NCBI GenBank assembly: GCA_003427395.1 | Contig: BFEA01000015.1 | Coordinates: 4,594,501-4,658,500 of the forward strand | DNA length: 64,000 nt | Direction of reading: 5' to 3' | Origin: Chara braunii | Taxonomy: Eukaryota > Plantae > Charophyceae | Shown here: in pieces, positions 12,995 to 23,492 of the stretch | Layout: each line of letters starts with the position of its first letter | Position numbering within the stretch: position 1 is the stretch's first letter | Made by a program: the position numbers and the translations under genes | Notes under the pieces: model-generated | The model's input: the letters and a program-made list of their open reading frames with translations, nothing else | Database searches by the model: none | What the model was told of the DNA's origin: nothing

Positions 12995-14003
12995 AATTTG
13001 AGCAGTCTTTGAAGGGTGATGTTATCTCAGGGGGAGTATCCCCGCCTGGATCTGCATCAGGGTGGCCTACCAGGAAGCCACTCGTTGGATGCGTAGGGTT
13101 GGAGGTGGAGGAGTAGGAGAGAGTATCCTAGTGGGGGGGAAAGTGACAAACTATAGGTTGCCCTGAGGTGGGAGTAAGAAGACAGGAAGAAGAGGTTTAA
13201 CTCTGAGCCGTAATGCCGTGACCGGTGCAGAAAGTTGGGAAGCAACACCGGTATGGATAGATGACACTGCATGGCCAGATACCGGTATCTAGGTGGCAGG
13301 ACTTACGGCAATGGTCGAAGCGGCTGGGAAGGTGGGGGCCGATAAAAATATTGCAACAGACGAGGTGGTCAGGGCGATAGCGACACTCACCACTATGGAG
13401 GGGGAGTGTTGGGTCTGACTGCGGAGGAGGAGGAACCACCACGTCTCTGTGTTTGGAGTCTTAGGGAACCGGCCTGTGAGCCGGTAGGGGAAAAAAAATG
13501 GGAGCGGTGGGGGAAATGGGGAGAGAACCCTTGAGGCGGTAGATGTCAAAGGTGAGCGCGTTGATTTGCATTTGCATGGGTGCAAGCGCATCAAGCCGTA
13601 CCTGCATCAATGTACGAAGGGACGCAAGGACGGTCTCAAGGTCCCTAGGGGCGAGGGTCTGTGCAGCCAGCTGAACGGGCGCTTGAGAGGTGGATGGTGT
13701 CAGAACGAGCTTTTTGGGCGTACTCCCATCTGCGTACGGTCGAGGGAAGGGGGTAGACATGGCAGGAGGTGGAGAGATAGGTGGGGAAAGAGGTGGGGGA
13801 AGAGATGGACTAGTTTATGGGGAAAGTGGTCCACCGGTAAGAGGGAGGGGACCACGGGAGCGAAGTGCGTAGTCATAAGTAGGCTCACCCCGTGACCAGT
13901 GGGTCGTGCGTGAGAAGGTGGCCCTAAGCCGGTCGAAGGGAGAGCATCCGTTCGGGTCCAGTGTGCCCGACGGGGGGAGCCAAGAAAGGAAGGGGGTTAC
14001 GAG

Positions 14004-14039
14004 AACCCTAAACCCTAGAAAAACCCTAAGAAAACCCTA
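14004..14039 (+). repeat. Four telomere-like AACCCTA units
   Basis: AACCCTAAACCCTAGAAAAACCCTAAGAAAACCCTA, about 130 bp upstream of the putative gag start. Confidence 0.6.
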
Positions 14040-15756
14040 TCCAAGTTTAAAGGGGAATTGGGTGGAGTAGTGGCAATCCAATCAAGGTGAAAGAGTAACA
14101 ACCATGCAGGGGGGAAGGAAGAGGGGGGGAGAGGGAAAGTGAATTTTTGACATAAAAATAGAACAAAAATAATAATAATAATAAATTAAAAAATATATAA
14201 GTCAAGGGTGAAGAGAAAAGGATTTTTTCTTTTTTTTAATTTTCGGCCACCACCCATGGGGTCAAAACGCGCCAAGAGAAGAGGAAAAGCCAAGAGAAGC
14301 ACATTAACTTTCAAAATATCGCAAAAATCAATTTTTTTAGAAAAATAAATAAATAAATAAAAAATAAGGAGGTGGAGGAGAGTGAAGAGAAAACTAAGTT
14401 TTGAATTTTTCACAAATTTCGGTAGCATTTCGTTACCCCCATAGGATCGAAGTGTTCCATCAAAGAAAATGAATGAAAATATTTTGCCAACACTTCGTTA
14501 CCCCCAAAGGGTCGGAATTTGCTGAAAAAAGACTAAGCAAAAAAGAGAAACTTTTTGGCACCACTTCGTTTCCCCCAAGGGGACAAAGTGTGCGCCGAAG
14601 CAAGAATGGCTAAGTCATAACCAGATTTCAGGGTGTTGCAACAAAATTTGGATTTATTCATAATATTATAAAATAATAAATATTAAATAAATAAATTTAA
14701 AAAAAAAAAATGAGAAGATAATTCGAATTATTTTTTGGAAGAAAAAATAAAAAAAGAAAAAGTCAATCGAAGAGAAAGAGAAAATAAGAAAAAGAAAAAA
14801 ATTCAAAATTGGAGAGGAAAGGGGTGAAAAAGAGGTGAGAATAGCGAAAGTGAGGAAAGGAATATAGATTTGAGATGGCAGATGAGGGGGATGATGGGGT
14901 TGGAGTAGGAGGAAGAAGGGGGAGGAAGGGTGATAAAATGAGAGAAAAAAGGATGAGAAAGATGGAGAGGAGAAGAGAAGATAATTGGTGGAAGTGAGTG
15001 AGTGACTGAGTGAGGAGGAGAGGGGAGAAAAAGATGGCGGAAGATAGTGGAAAGTGAGAGGTATGATACAACGGTAGGAAAGGAATGGAGAGAAGTGGAA
15101 AAAAGAAGAGAGGAGAGTGGCGTAGGGTGAGAGATTAGTGGTACGGTTAGAAAAAATGATTAGAGGGTGGAGTGGAGAGAAAGAAAAGGGTTGGGAGAAA
15201 GTGAATTAGTGAGTAGGAAGTGATACCAGGCTCTTGGTTGACCAAGAGCAGACAAGGTCATTAGGATCCATAGGATCTTGGCCTTCAAGGTGATAGCAGT
15301 CTACTACTGCAGCAGAAAAATAATAATAAAATAATATAGGGTTGGTTGAGATCTTGATCAATCACCCTGATTGCACAATTGCGCAACCACCTAGCCAGGG
15401 ACGTCTTCACTGCTGCCAAACTGTCGCTGAAGCAGTAGGAAAAAATAATAATAATAATAATAATAATAATCTGGGTGTGCTGAAAGTTTGATCAGCCACC
15501 GAGATCCCACTGTAGTGCAGCCTCCTAGCCAGGGGGGTCTTCCAGACCCTCAACAAGATGTCACGTGGCACTGCAGATGGTCACGTGCGCAGGCAGCAAC
15601 AACCACGACTCGGGGTTGAGGAGGGGCCAATTAGCAGCCCACCCGCTACTGTCCTAGTGGTTGTTCCTCGCCGCTCCTTGACGGGAGGGAGGGAGCGGGG
15701 GTAAATAGCTGGTGTGACACTCTTCAACATCAACATGCAACGTTATTTGTTCATAC

Positions 15757-15839
15757 TGTAGCTTTGGCCAGTGTGTTAAAGCACTAACTACACACACGCG
15801 TGAGCAGCAGCTGCCAGGTTCAAACCTTAGCAGTTGCAC
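15757..15839 (+). pseudogene. tRNA-like (SINE-head-like) sequence in the gypsy leader
   Basis: Acceptor-like TGTAGCT/AGTTGCA, A-box-like TGGCCAGTGTG, B-box GGTTCAAACC; no clean anticodon arm; duplicate at 24363-24444. Confidence 0.5.
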
Positions 15840-16118
15840 TCCCGGATCTTGGTAATATATAATTTGAGAGGGAGGCGGGGCGGGGCGGGGCGGTGGGGCA
15901 GCATGGGCACGTGACGTGCGACGACCTTGGCCTTGACGTTTGCTCGCACATGTCATGACGGTGCTCTCCTTTTTCGCCACGTGTACGTCTTTAGGCGTTG
16001 CGGCTTTTCCCTCGTTTCTCGTCTTTTTGCTCCGAAAATTGGCTAAAATACTGACAGCGAGATTACACATTTTTTCCAGACTTGCGGAAAGGGGTGGGGG
16101 GAGCGGGGACCGTTCACA

Positions 16119-16129
16119 CTCTGATACCA
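16119..16129 (-). promoter_or_regulatory. Primer binding site for tRNA-iMet
   Basis: Minus strand reads TGGTATCAGAG one base after the LTR terminal CA. Confidence 0.9.
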
Positions 16130-16130
16130 G

Positions 16131-16493
16131 TGTGACGGACCCATCAGAATGGTGGTCCGTCGGGATCAAGATGAAGGGATGAGCATGGCAGAGATGGGGA
16201 TGAGCTGGAAGGGACAGCACAACTCCAACACAGACTCAACACGGACGTACTCCAAACCATGCAAATGAAGAAAAAGATTGAAAACAGACTGTTGTTATGA
16301 TATACCCCTAGCGGAATGACAAGAGTGGATTGGACTGGCCTGGTACCGACAATGGTAACGGGCAGGATGATTGGACAGGATTGAATGAGCACACGACCTG
16401 TGCGGTCAGGCCACGACCAAGTCCGACAGGCCTGATAGGCAAAATAGCCAGATAGCCCTGGCTCTAGGCCATGGCAGCTTAAGGCACGTTGCA
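16131..16493 (-). repeat. 5' LTR of the gypsy element
   Basis: TG...CA, adjacent to the PBS, followed by TSD GCCAC. Confidence 0.88.
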
Positions 16494-17313
16494 GCCACTT
16501 AAAGGATGTAATCTTTGCAGTCTTGTATTTGGTCTCGTACAACCAGCGGATGGGTTTAGGGGCAATGACAATTAGTATTGAAATGTTTTTGCCACCAGTC
16601 GTTCACCATGTCCCGCCGGTTCCGTCTAATTCTCAACATCCGGTATGTCACCTTGATAGTGAGCTTAGAGAGTTGTTGAGATTTGGGGTTTATGGCTCAG
16701 GATTGCATGGCCTTGTAGGGTTCCATTCCACTTCCATTGGGGCGAGGGGCAACTCTTAAATCAGGGTATTGGAATGGAATGCCGATTGTTCTAATCCTTT
16801 CCCTACCACCCTGACTGGATGAAGTCGATCCTTGTCAATTCACTCAAACAGACTGCTGGTCACTCCTAGTTGTCCCTCTCTCCCAAGAGCGTAATGCTCC
16901 ACCAGCACACCATCTAGGCGTACTTGGTGGATCAACCTCATTCGTGTTAGGTTATACTTCTTACGCAATCCAATCTCCTTCTCGTAATGTCGGTCCTTTG
17001 TGCAGAATAGGAAGCCAGGCAAGCGGCACGACTTATAAAATTTATTCCAAGGCCAGTTCAATAAGGTGGGAGTCAACCCATTTTCTAGCAAATGATGTTC
17101 CCCACCAATAGATGGAGCCCCCCCTAGGTGTTCGCAGTATCCGCTCTTACCAACACCACTAGCACTGGAGGGGCTTGTTAAAAAAAAAAAAAAAAAAAAG
17201 GTGGGAGTCAAGTTTACCGTAGTTTTGTCAGAGTCGAACAAGATGGACCGAACGGCTGCCAGACAGCGTTCAGCCAAACAAGAACTTTTAACGTTTTTTT
17301 CCATTTCCTTTAG

Positions 17314-18537
17314 TTGAAAGGAGAAGAGGCCGGATTCATAAGAGACACGGCAAAAGAAAAGTATAAGACCTATAACGAGTTAAGGAAGGTGGACGAGAAG
17401 CAAAAGGCCAAAGATGGAAGTCTCAAGATCTGCGAGGGTGAGGCAAAAAAACGAGGACAGGAGGTCCTACAAGGTAGCTCCCCCTTGCAACCCAATGCCG
17501 GCCGACAGAAAGTGTTACCTGATGCGTCGATCGGACCATTGGACGCAGGGCTCCTCGTGAACTTCAACATGCTCAAACTCGACCAAGACTCGTTTCAGCG
17601 CAACCAGGAGTTTATCCTTCAGCGAATGGTAATGGCTATCGAAAAATTTGGTTTGGCGTTTCCTCCTCATTTATCTCATCCCCCTCCTCCCTCTCATCCT
17701 CCCCCGCATCCTCCTCCTCCTCCCCCTCCCCCTCCCCCTCCTTCCCCCTCGCATCCTTCGATTCAGCCTGCTCAACCTACCCATCCTGCTGCTACGTCAC
17801 AATTCAACCACCCCACCCCATTTTCTGCGCCCCTTCATCACAATGTTGAAAACAGGCCCAATGGTTCCTATAACCCACCCTGATGTGTTGCTTCACCTCC
17901 TCCCCCTCCCCGTCCTAGACCTGACCGTGACGACGCTTCTAATCACTCATGTTCCCCCCCTCCTCCTCCTCCTCCACCTCCTCCTCCTCCTCCCTCTCCT
18001 CCTCCCCCGCACCCTCCCTCTCCTCCAACTACACGCAAGGCGTCGGCTACACCCTCTAATCCTACCCAACCTCCAACCCCTTCTAGACCGCAAACCCGCG
18101 CACAAACTCTCAATGCTACGATGTCTGGTGGGCAAGGTGTTGGTGCGACAGGCGGCACTAACAACACCCCTTCATCGAGCAGACCTACGGGGAGACTGGC
18201 TGAAGTCTTCGCCTTTGTGGCTGGACATGCTAGATGAGTCTTTGGTTTCTTTTCAGCAGCTAGATCCTCCAACCTGGGGATTCGACAGAGTTCGGGAAGG
18301 TAAGAAAGTTGTTGACGCCTCGGTGAGTAAGGAAGGAAGAAACAGTACCTCGCCGACATGGAGAAGGAGCTGATGAAGGAGTACAAGGCCGATCTCAAGG
18401 TCATGTGCCGTAAAGACAACATCAAGTACATCAACAAAAAACAAGCAGTTCATGAACTCGCCTTGCTCCGCACGCGAGATGCCTATGGTGACATCGAAGA
18501 GGAGGAGGAGGATGAACTCCTCAACGGAACAGGGTGA
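17314..18537 (+). pseudogene. PLE-associated ORF1: coiled coil, Pro-rich linker, SAP/HeH-like helical C-terminus
   Basis: ORF fragments 17314-17883 and 17648-18373; third-frame end DMEKELMKEYKADLKVMCRKDNIKYINKKQAVHELALLRTRDAYGDIEEEEEDE. Confidence 0.6.
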
Positions 18538-18632
18538 TCAGCAAGAGGAAAATCCGTCTTGATGTCTTTTGGGATAAAGGGTGACTATGGCGACAGGCCT
18601 GCTCTACCCGTGTCAATAGGAAAAAAGGTAAC

Positions 18633-19288
18633 ATGAAAGGTGCCCAGTGCTCTGGCCTAGAGGTTTTAATAAGATTCTTCGTGCTTATGCTGATCGTTGT
18701 TGGTGCTATTAAGTGGGGTTATGAATTCGTAGATAGCTGGATAGATTTTGTGCAGCGTGGTCATGACATATGTTCGGGTGAAGGACGTTGAATCTATGTC
18801 CTGAGTTCTCAATGGTTCAAGGCTACCTACATAGTTCGACTGTGAGAGGAGTTACGGACCGATGGAAGGAACACGTCAGATTGGGGAATTCCAATATAAA
18901 GGGTAAAAACCACAAATTGAAAAGATGGTTGGAACGAACAGGGTGGGAATCTTACGTAGCCATTCCAATTTTCTATCCCTCTGAATCAGACCTTCGATTA
19001 ACAGAATCATCCCTCATCTCTCGCTGCTCCCCATGCCTCAACACCAGGATGGGCAAGAAGAAAAAATCATGTCGAAGAAAAGGTCGTAAGGAAAGGAACG
19101 CCTACCATAGAAAATTAGATCAACTTCAACGGCTAATTAAGTGGTCTTTTTTGGTTGGTTCCTCGATTATTAAGCAGGATGCAATTCATAGTTATTCTAT
19201 CACTGAGAACCTGAAAGATTGTCTTGATAAGAACCCGCACTATGTCACTCTGGCATCAAGTGGCGGAGGATTCTTCCTCGATGTTTGA
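18633..19288 (+). pseudogene. GIY-YIG endonuclease domain
   Basis: *IYVLSSQWFKATYI, a 1-nt deletion, then STVRGVTDRWKEH...LTESSLISRCSPCLN (GIY, YIG, R..EH, catalytic E, LN). Confidence 0.85.
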
Positions 19289-20099
19289 GGTAAACTAACT
19301 AAGTTATTCGGATGGTCTATCGTCGATTATAAGGACTCTAAGTATCTGATGAAATACCTGAAGCAGAAAATTTGTAATGGTAGTATTTTCATTTTTTTTG
19401 CAGATACGGATGAGTCGGAACCAGTGTGCTACATGCAAGGTCGTTTTGATATCTCTTTTGCAATTTCCTACTACGTGATCGATGTTGTATTCATTTGAGG
19501 CTAAGGCATTAATAAGGTTGTTCAATATCATTGAGTTTTTTTCATCAAACCATACACAGTTTGTGTTGCATAATTTGTTTGAAATATAATTTTAAAAAAA
19601 AGTTGGATTTAATTATACCTCACCAGTCGTGATTAAAATACAGTTCAGCACTCAGATCGAAAAGTCAAAATTTATAGATGTGGCTAAATTGATTATTAGG
19701 AAAATGTGTAAGTCTGACTTCCACTCAGATTTTATCATTTCTCGTCTGCGTTTTGTTTGGTAAAAAAATCGGAGTATTGGTTAGCGCATCCATAACCACC
19801 GCGTCTCCGCCTCCATTTCTTCCGAGTTCTGCACATGCAGTAGCTTCCCTGCCAATTTTTTCAGAAATGGTAATGGCCACGTAAAAGTCCGCTTCTCTAA
19901 GATACAAAAATTGCCCATGTTGCTTGGAAACTCTAAAAATATTATTTCCCCATCCTCCCAAACGTCCCTCACACAGATTAAGTACGCCCTACGATAAGGA
20001 CTTTCTAGGATTCCGGAAGTAGGACCCTCTGCATTTGGTGACCTTAAACAATGTTTAAGATCTGGATGCGATTCATGGACGAATCTCTCATTAAGTCTG

Positions 20100-21593
20100 G
20101 ATGAATGGATGACAAAAGTCGATGGCTTGTTCATTGTCCCTATAGACCATAACGTCGGTGATTCACTAGCCTGTTGCATGAGTATCTACTACGCTACTAC
20201 GAGGCACTTGCAAAACTGTATTGGAAGAATAACGGGTTTCTTACCATATCACTTAGTGAAGAGCGTGTCCTCGAACTATGTAAAGATAGTTATGACCGCG
20301 TAAGTGCAAGTCGAATAGCCCACTAGAATCCCACAAGAAGACTAGGATGCTGCTACAATATACCCAAGCATAAAGATGTGTCCAAATGGCATCCGATCGC
20401 TCCTTCCTTCTCAGAACCTAACGTACGAGCATGCAAACTGATCTCGAGGGCAATAAATTTCCTACTATAGAATCTTCCTCGTGCCTCAAACTTTAATCTT
20501 AAGGCAATCAACATGTTGAAGGATAGGATAATATCTTTGGATCACAGATCAGTTAGGACTACCAAAGGCTTGTTGATATCAGCTAGCTACGACATCAAAG
20601 AAATGTTCACTGAATGTCCTTACGAATCTATTATCAGGGCTTTAGACGGGATCTACCACTACTATATCAGTATCGAGAAGAAAAATATCAGAGTTAAAAG
20701 ACGGGGAAAAAAGGCGTCCTTTGGTAGCGAATCAGGGAAACATTATGGGTATCACTGAAATTTTAACAATTGATTGATTTTGTGAAATTCGACCTTAATC
20801 ATTCCTTTTCCCGTGTCTCCAGCATGATCATCCAGCAGAAGATAGGTATACCTATGGGAAAATGCTCCAGTCCGGCTTTGGCATGCCTACTGTGTTCTTA
20901 CAGTGAGATTTGTTTTCTCAGCTCCATGGGATCTCACTCCAAGTATATCACGGGTCTAAGATTAGTGAATGATATCAGTGTTTTTATCCTGATGCCTACT
21001 CAGCATACATGAAGGCCACTATGCTTCTCAAGTCGTTCGAAGAAGCCTACGATGACAATTTTTCCCTCGTAAGAACGGATGGCAAGGAAGGAGGATGAGA
21101 ATTTCTCGATTGTGTGATTAACAGTTCCAGAACGGATGGCATACATGAAGGCCACTATGCTTCTCAAGTCGTTCGAAGAAGCCTACGATGACAATTTTTC
21201 CCTCGTAAGAACGGATGGCAAGGAAGGAGGATGAGAATTTCTCGATTGTGTGATTAACAGTTCCAGAACGCCTCCACAACCTGTATTGCCGTCACCAAGA
21301 ATCAAGACTTTAAGAATCAAGACTTTATCTGGAGTGATAATCCAATCCGAATCCTCTCGATGCAAGATTTTTAGTCAAACGGACCCATGAGCCAGAAAAA
21401 AAGTATTATTAAATGTCACTTCAATAGGATTTACTCCCACTCCTCAGACCATAGACGAGTGGGGGTAGCTTTGCTTGCTCTAAGGAAAAAGCTGAGACTG
21501 AAGGGGTTCCCTAACAGATTATTTTTTAAGGCCCTTACAAAATTTTCCACATCCAAGGTTGGATGCTGGGATACTTGGGTTAGTATTTTTTAG
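20100..21593 (+). pseudogene. PLE-type reverse transcriptase, multiply disrupted
   Basis: IVPIDHN, PKHKDVSKWHPI, SYDIKEMFT, QKIGIPMGKCSSPALA, LRLVND (decayed DD), thumb-like KLRLKGFP. Confidence 0.88.
21003..21270 (+). repeat. Identical 132-bp tandem duplication within the RT
   Basis: 21003-21134 equals 21139-21270. Confidence 0.92.
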
Positions 21594-22530
21594 ATCGAAC
21601 TAGGAAGAAACGGGAGCTGCTCCTTGAACCGGTAACCCACCCCAACCACTTTGCCTAGTACCTCAAAATCCTCTGAACGCAAGCCTCGCAGTCTTGCTGC
21701 CCTCCGTCTCGACCGTCGGTCTCTCACTTCCCGCCATCTCTACTAACCTGCAGCATCTCCTGTGTCGTGCCTGGGTTTCCCCAAATCTCCCTTCGAGTTT
21801 TTAAATCGGCTACTTTCATATCCCAAATCCACTCTGCGACATCCTCTTCCATCCGACTCTGTCCTTTTCCCAGCCCGTCATGCTCTCACCCCGACGTGAC
21901 ACCTCCTCCTACTACTATCTCCCAACTTGTGCCTCCTACCCTTCCCTTACTACCCCCCACCTTGCTTCCTTACCCGTCGCAGACGGCGCTACACGTTTCC
22001 AATATCTCCACTTCTACCTTGCCACTCACCAAACAGGCTCCACATCCCCCCCTCCTTCCCCTCTTTCCTTTTCTTCCCCCCTTCTCCTCCCCGCTCTCTT
22101 CCTCCTTGTTTTTATCCCTTCCTTTTGTCATTCTTCCTTCTCAAAACGTTCTCAACGCCTTTCGTACTCAGATCCCACCCCTCCTTATTTCCCCCTCGTC
22201 CCTCACTATTCTGCTCTCAATGCCTTCCAATACCCTGTTACTTCCATATTTTTCATACCATCCTTGTTCCCCTCTTTTTCCCGCTCGTTTCTCACTTTAT
22301 GACAAACATGACGATCTGGCAACAAGCAGTCCAACCATGCAAGTTTCATCTCAGTGCGAAAAGGATGACTTCGGGAATTCAGTCCCGTATGACACTTGGG
22401 AATACGGTTTCATACTTACAGTACGTTAGATGCAGACTAAACACGGGATCCACGATGGTGGGATAGGCTTCGATAACAGTCTTCGAGTATTTAATGGCGG
22501 TAAGTTATCATTCCCTTAAGCGCATCACAA

Positions 22531-22581
22531 GTCCTCTGATGATGGCTGCATGCGAAAGCAGCCAAAGCGCGGCGTAGGGAC
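22531..22581 (+). ncRNA. Degenerate type I hammerhead ribozyme (PLE-associated)
   Basis: GTCCT-CTGATGA-T-GGCTGC/GCAGCC-AAAG (for GAAA)-CGCGGCG-TA-GGGAC. Confidence 0.6.
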
Positions 22582-22705
22582 GTCCGCGACGAAAATTTGT
22601 TTACGCACTTTTATTTATCAAATTTCCGATTTGCGCTGAGGGGTGATGCTCATGTGTGCTACTCTCCGTCTCCTTCTGTCGACTACTCTCTCATTACTTG
22701 CATAT

Positions 22706-22852
22706 CTTCTTCTTCTTTTTTTCTTCTTCTTCTTCTTCTTCTTCTTCTTCTTCTTCTTCTCCTTCTTTTTCTTCTTCTTCTTCTTCTTTTCATCTTTGAA
22801 GTTCTCTTTCTTCTTCTTCTTCTTCTTCTTCTTCTTCTTCTTCTTCTTCTTC
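22706..22852 (+). repeat. (CTT)n microsatellite
   Basis: Read directly; two tracts. Confidence 0.95.
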
Positions 22853-23492
22853 GTCCTCTTTCTATGTTCTCTCCCACTTTAAACATTTGGTCACGAGACC
22901 AACAGAGGTTTTGCTGCCTACTTACATGATTGGCTTTAAACTAGTACTTATGTGCTCACTCATTCCAATCATTCAATATCGATTTAACCACTGCGCCGCT
23001 TCGTGGATTGGTGGAACCGTATGTTTCTTCATTCAGCACCGGGCAAGCTTACTGCGGATTAACGAACGGAAGTGGCATTTCTTTTCTTTTCTTTTCTTTC
23101 CTTTCTTCTTTTTATTTCTTTTTATATTCTATTTTTAATATTTTTATACTTCTTTTTTATACTTCTTTCTCACTCCCTCACCATATACCTCCAACCAACT
23201 ATAGTCTTTCTTTCTTTCTTATCCTTCCCTCCCCCTCCCCCCTTCGTCATTACGGGTTCCCTTTCCTCCCTTTCTTACTTCGCTATATCTTTCTGCGTTG
23301 ATTCTCTCGTTAAACGCGACGACAACGAACTGGTGTTGTGACCTGTGGAGCCACCAATCAAGTTGCGGCATTGTCAAAAGGATGGCTGACAACGCGACAC
23401 CGTATGGATGTTGCCACTACTGCAAGCAGTACGGTCAGCTGATGAGCGGGAGGGAGGTGAGAATAGTGAAACATATGTAAGAAATAGAGAAA

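Larger units (their letters stand above)
10801..13876 (-). pseudogene. Probable gag region, broken by two MITEs
   Basis: Minus-strand ORF fragments between the leader and protease, including a coiled-coil-like DLETVLASLRTLMQVRLDAL; assigned by position only. Confidence 0.45.
5709..16493 (-). mobile_element. Full-length degenerate Ty3/gypsy (chromovirus-type) LTR retrotransposon
   Basis: Homologous LTRs 5709-6059 and 16131-16493, both TG...CA; GCCAC on both flanks (5704-5708, 16494-16498); PBS at 16129-16119; minus-strand order PR-RT-RH-IN-chromodomain. Confidence 0.9.
14867..17131 (+). repeat. Segmental duplication copy 1 (~2.25 kb)
   Basis: Colinear with 23493-25732, including leader, PBS, LTR, TSD and outer flank. 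Confidence 0.92.
17314..22852 (+). mobile_element. Degenerate Penelope-like retroelement (N-terminal GIY-YIG + RT; Naiad/Chlamys type)
   Basis: GIY-YIG upstream of a PLE-type RT, followed by a hammerhead relic and (CTT)n; boundaries approximate. Confidence 0.82.

Noticed and set aside
21767-23341. Long Pro/Leu/Phe-rich ORFs
   Set aside because: Products of pyrimidine-rich, stop-poor sequence and (CTT)n.
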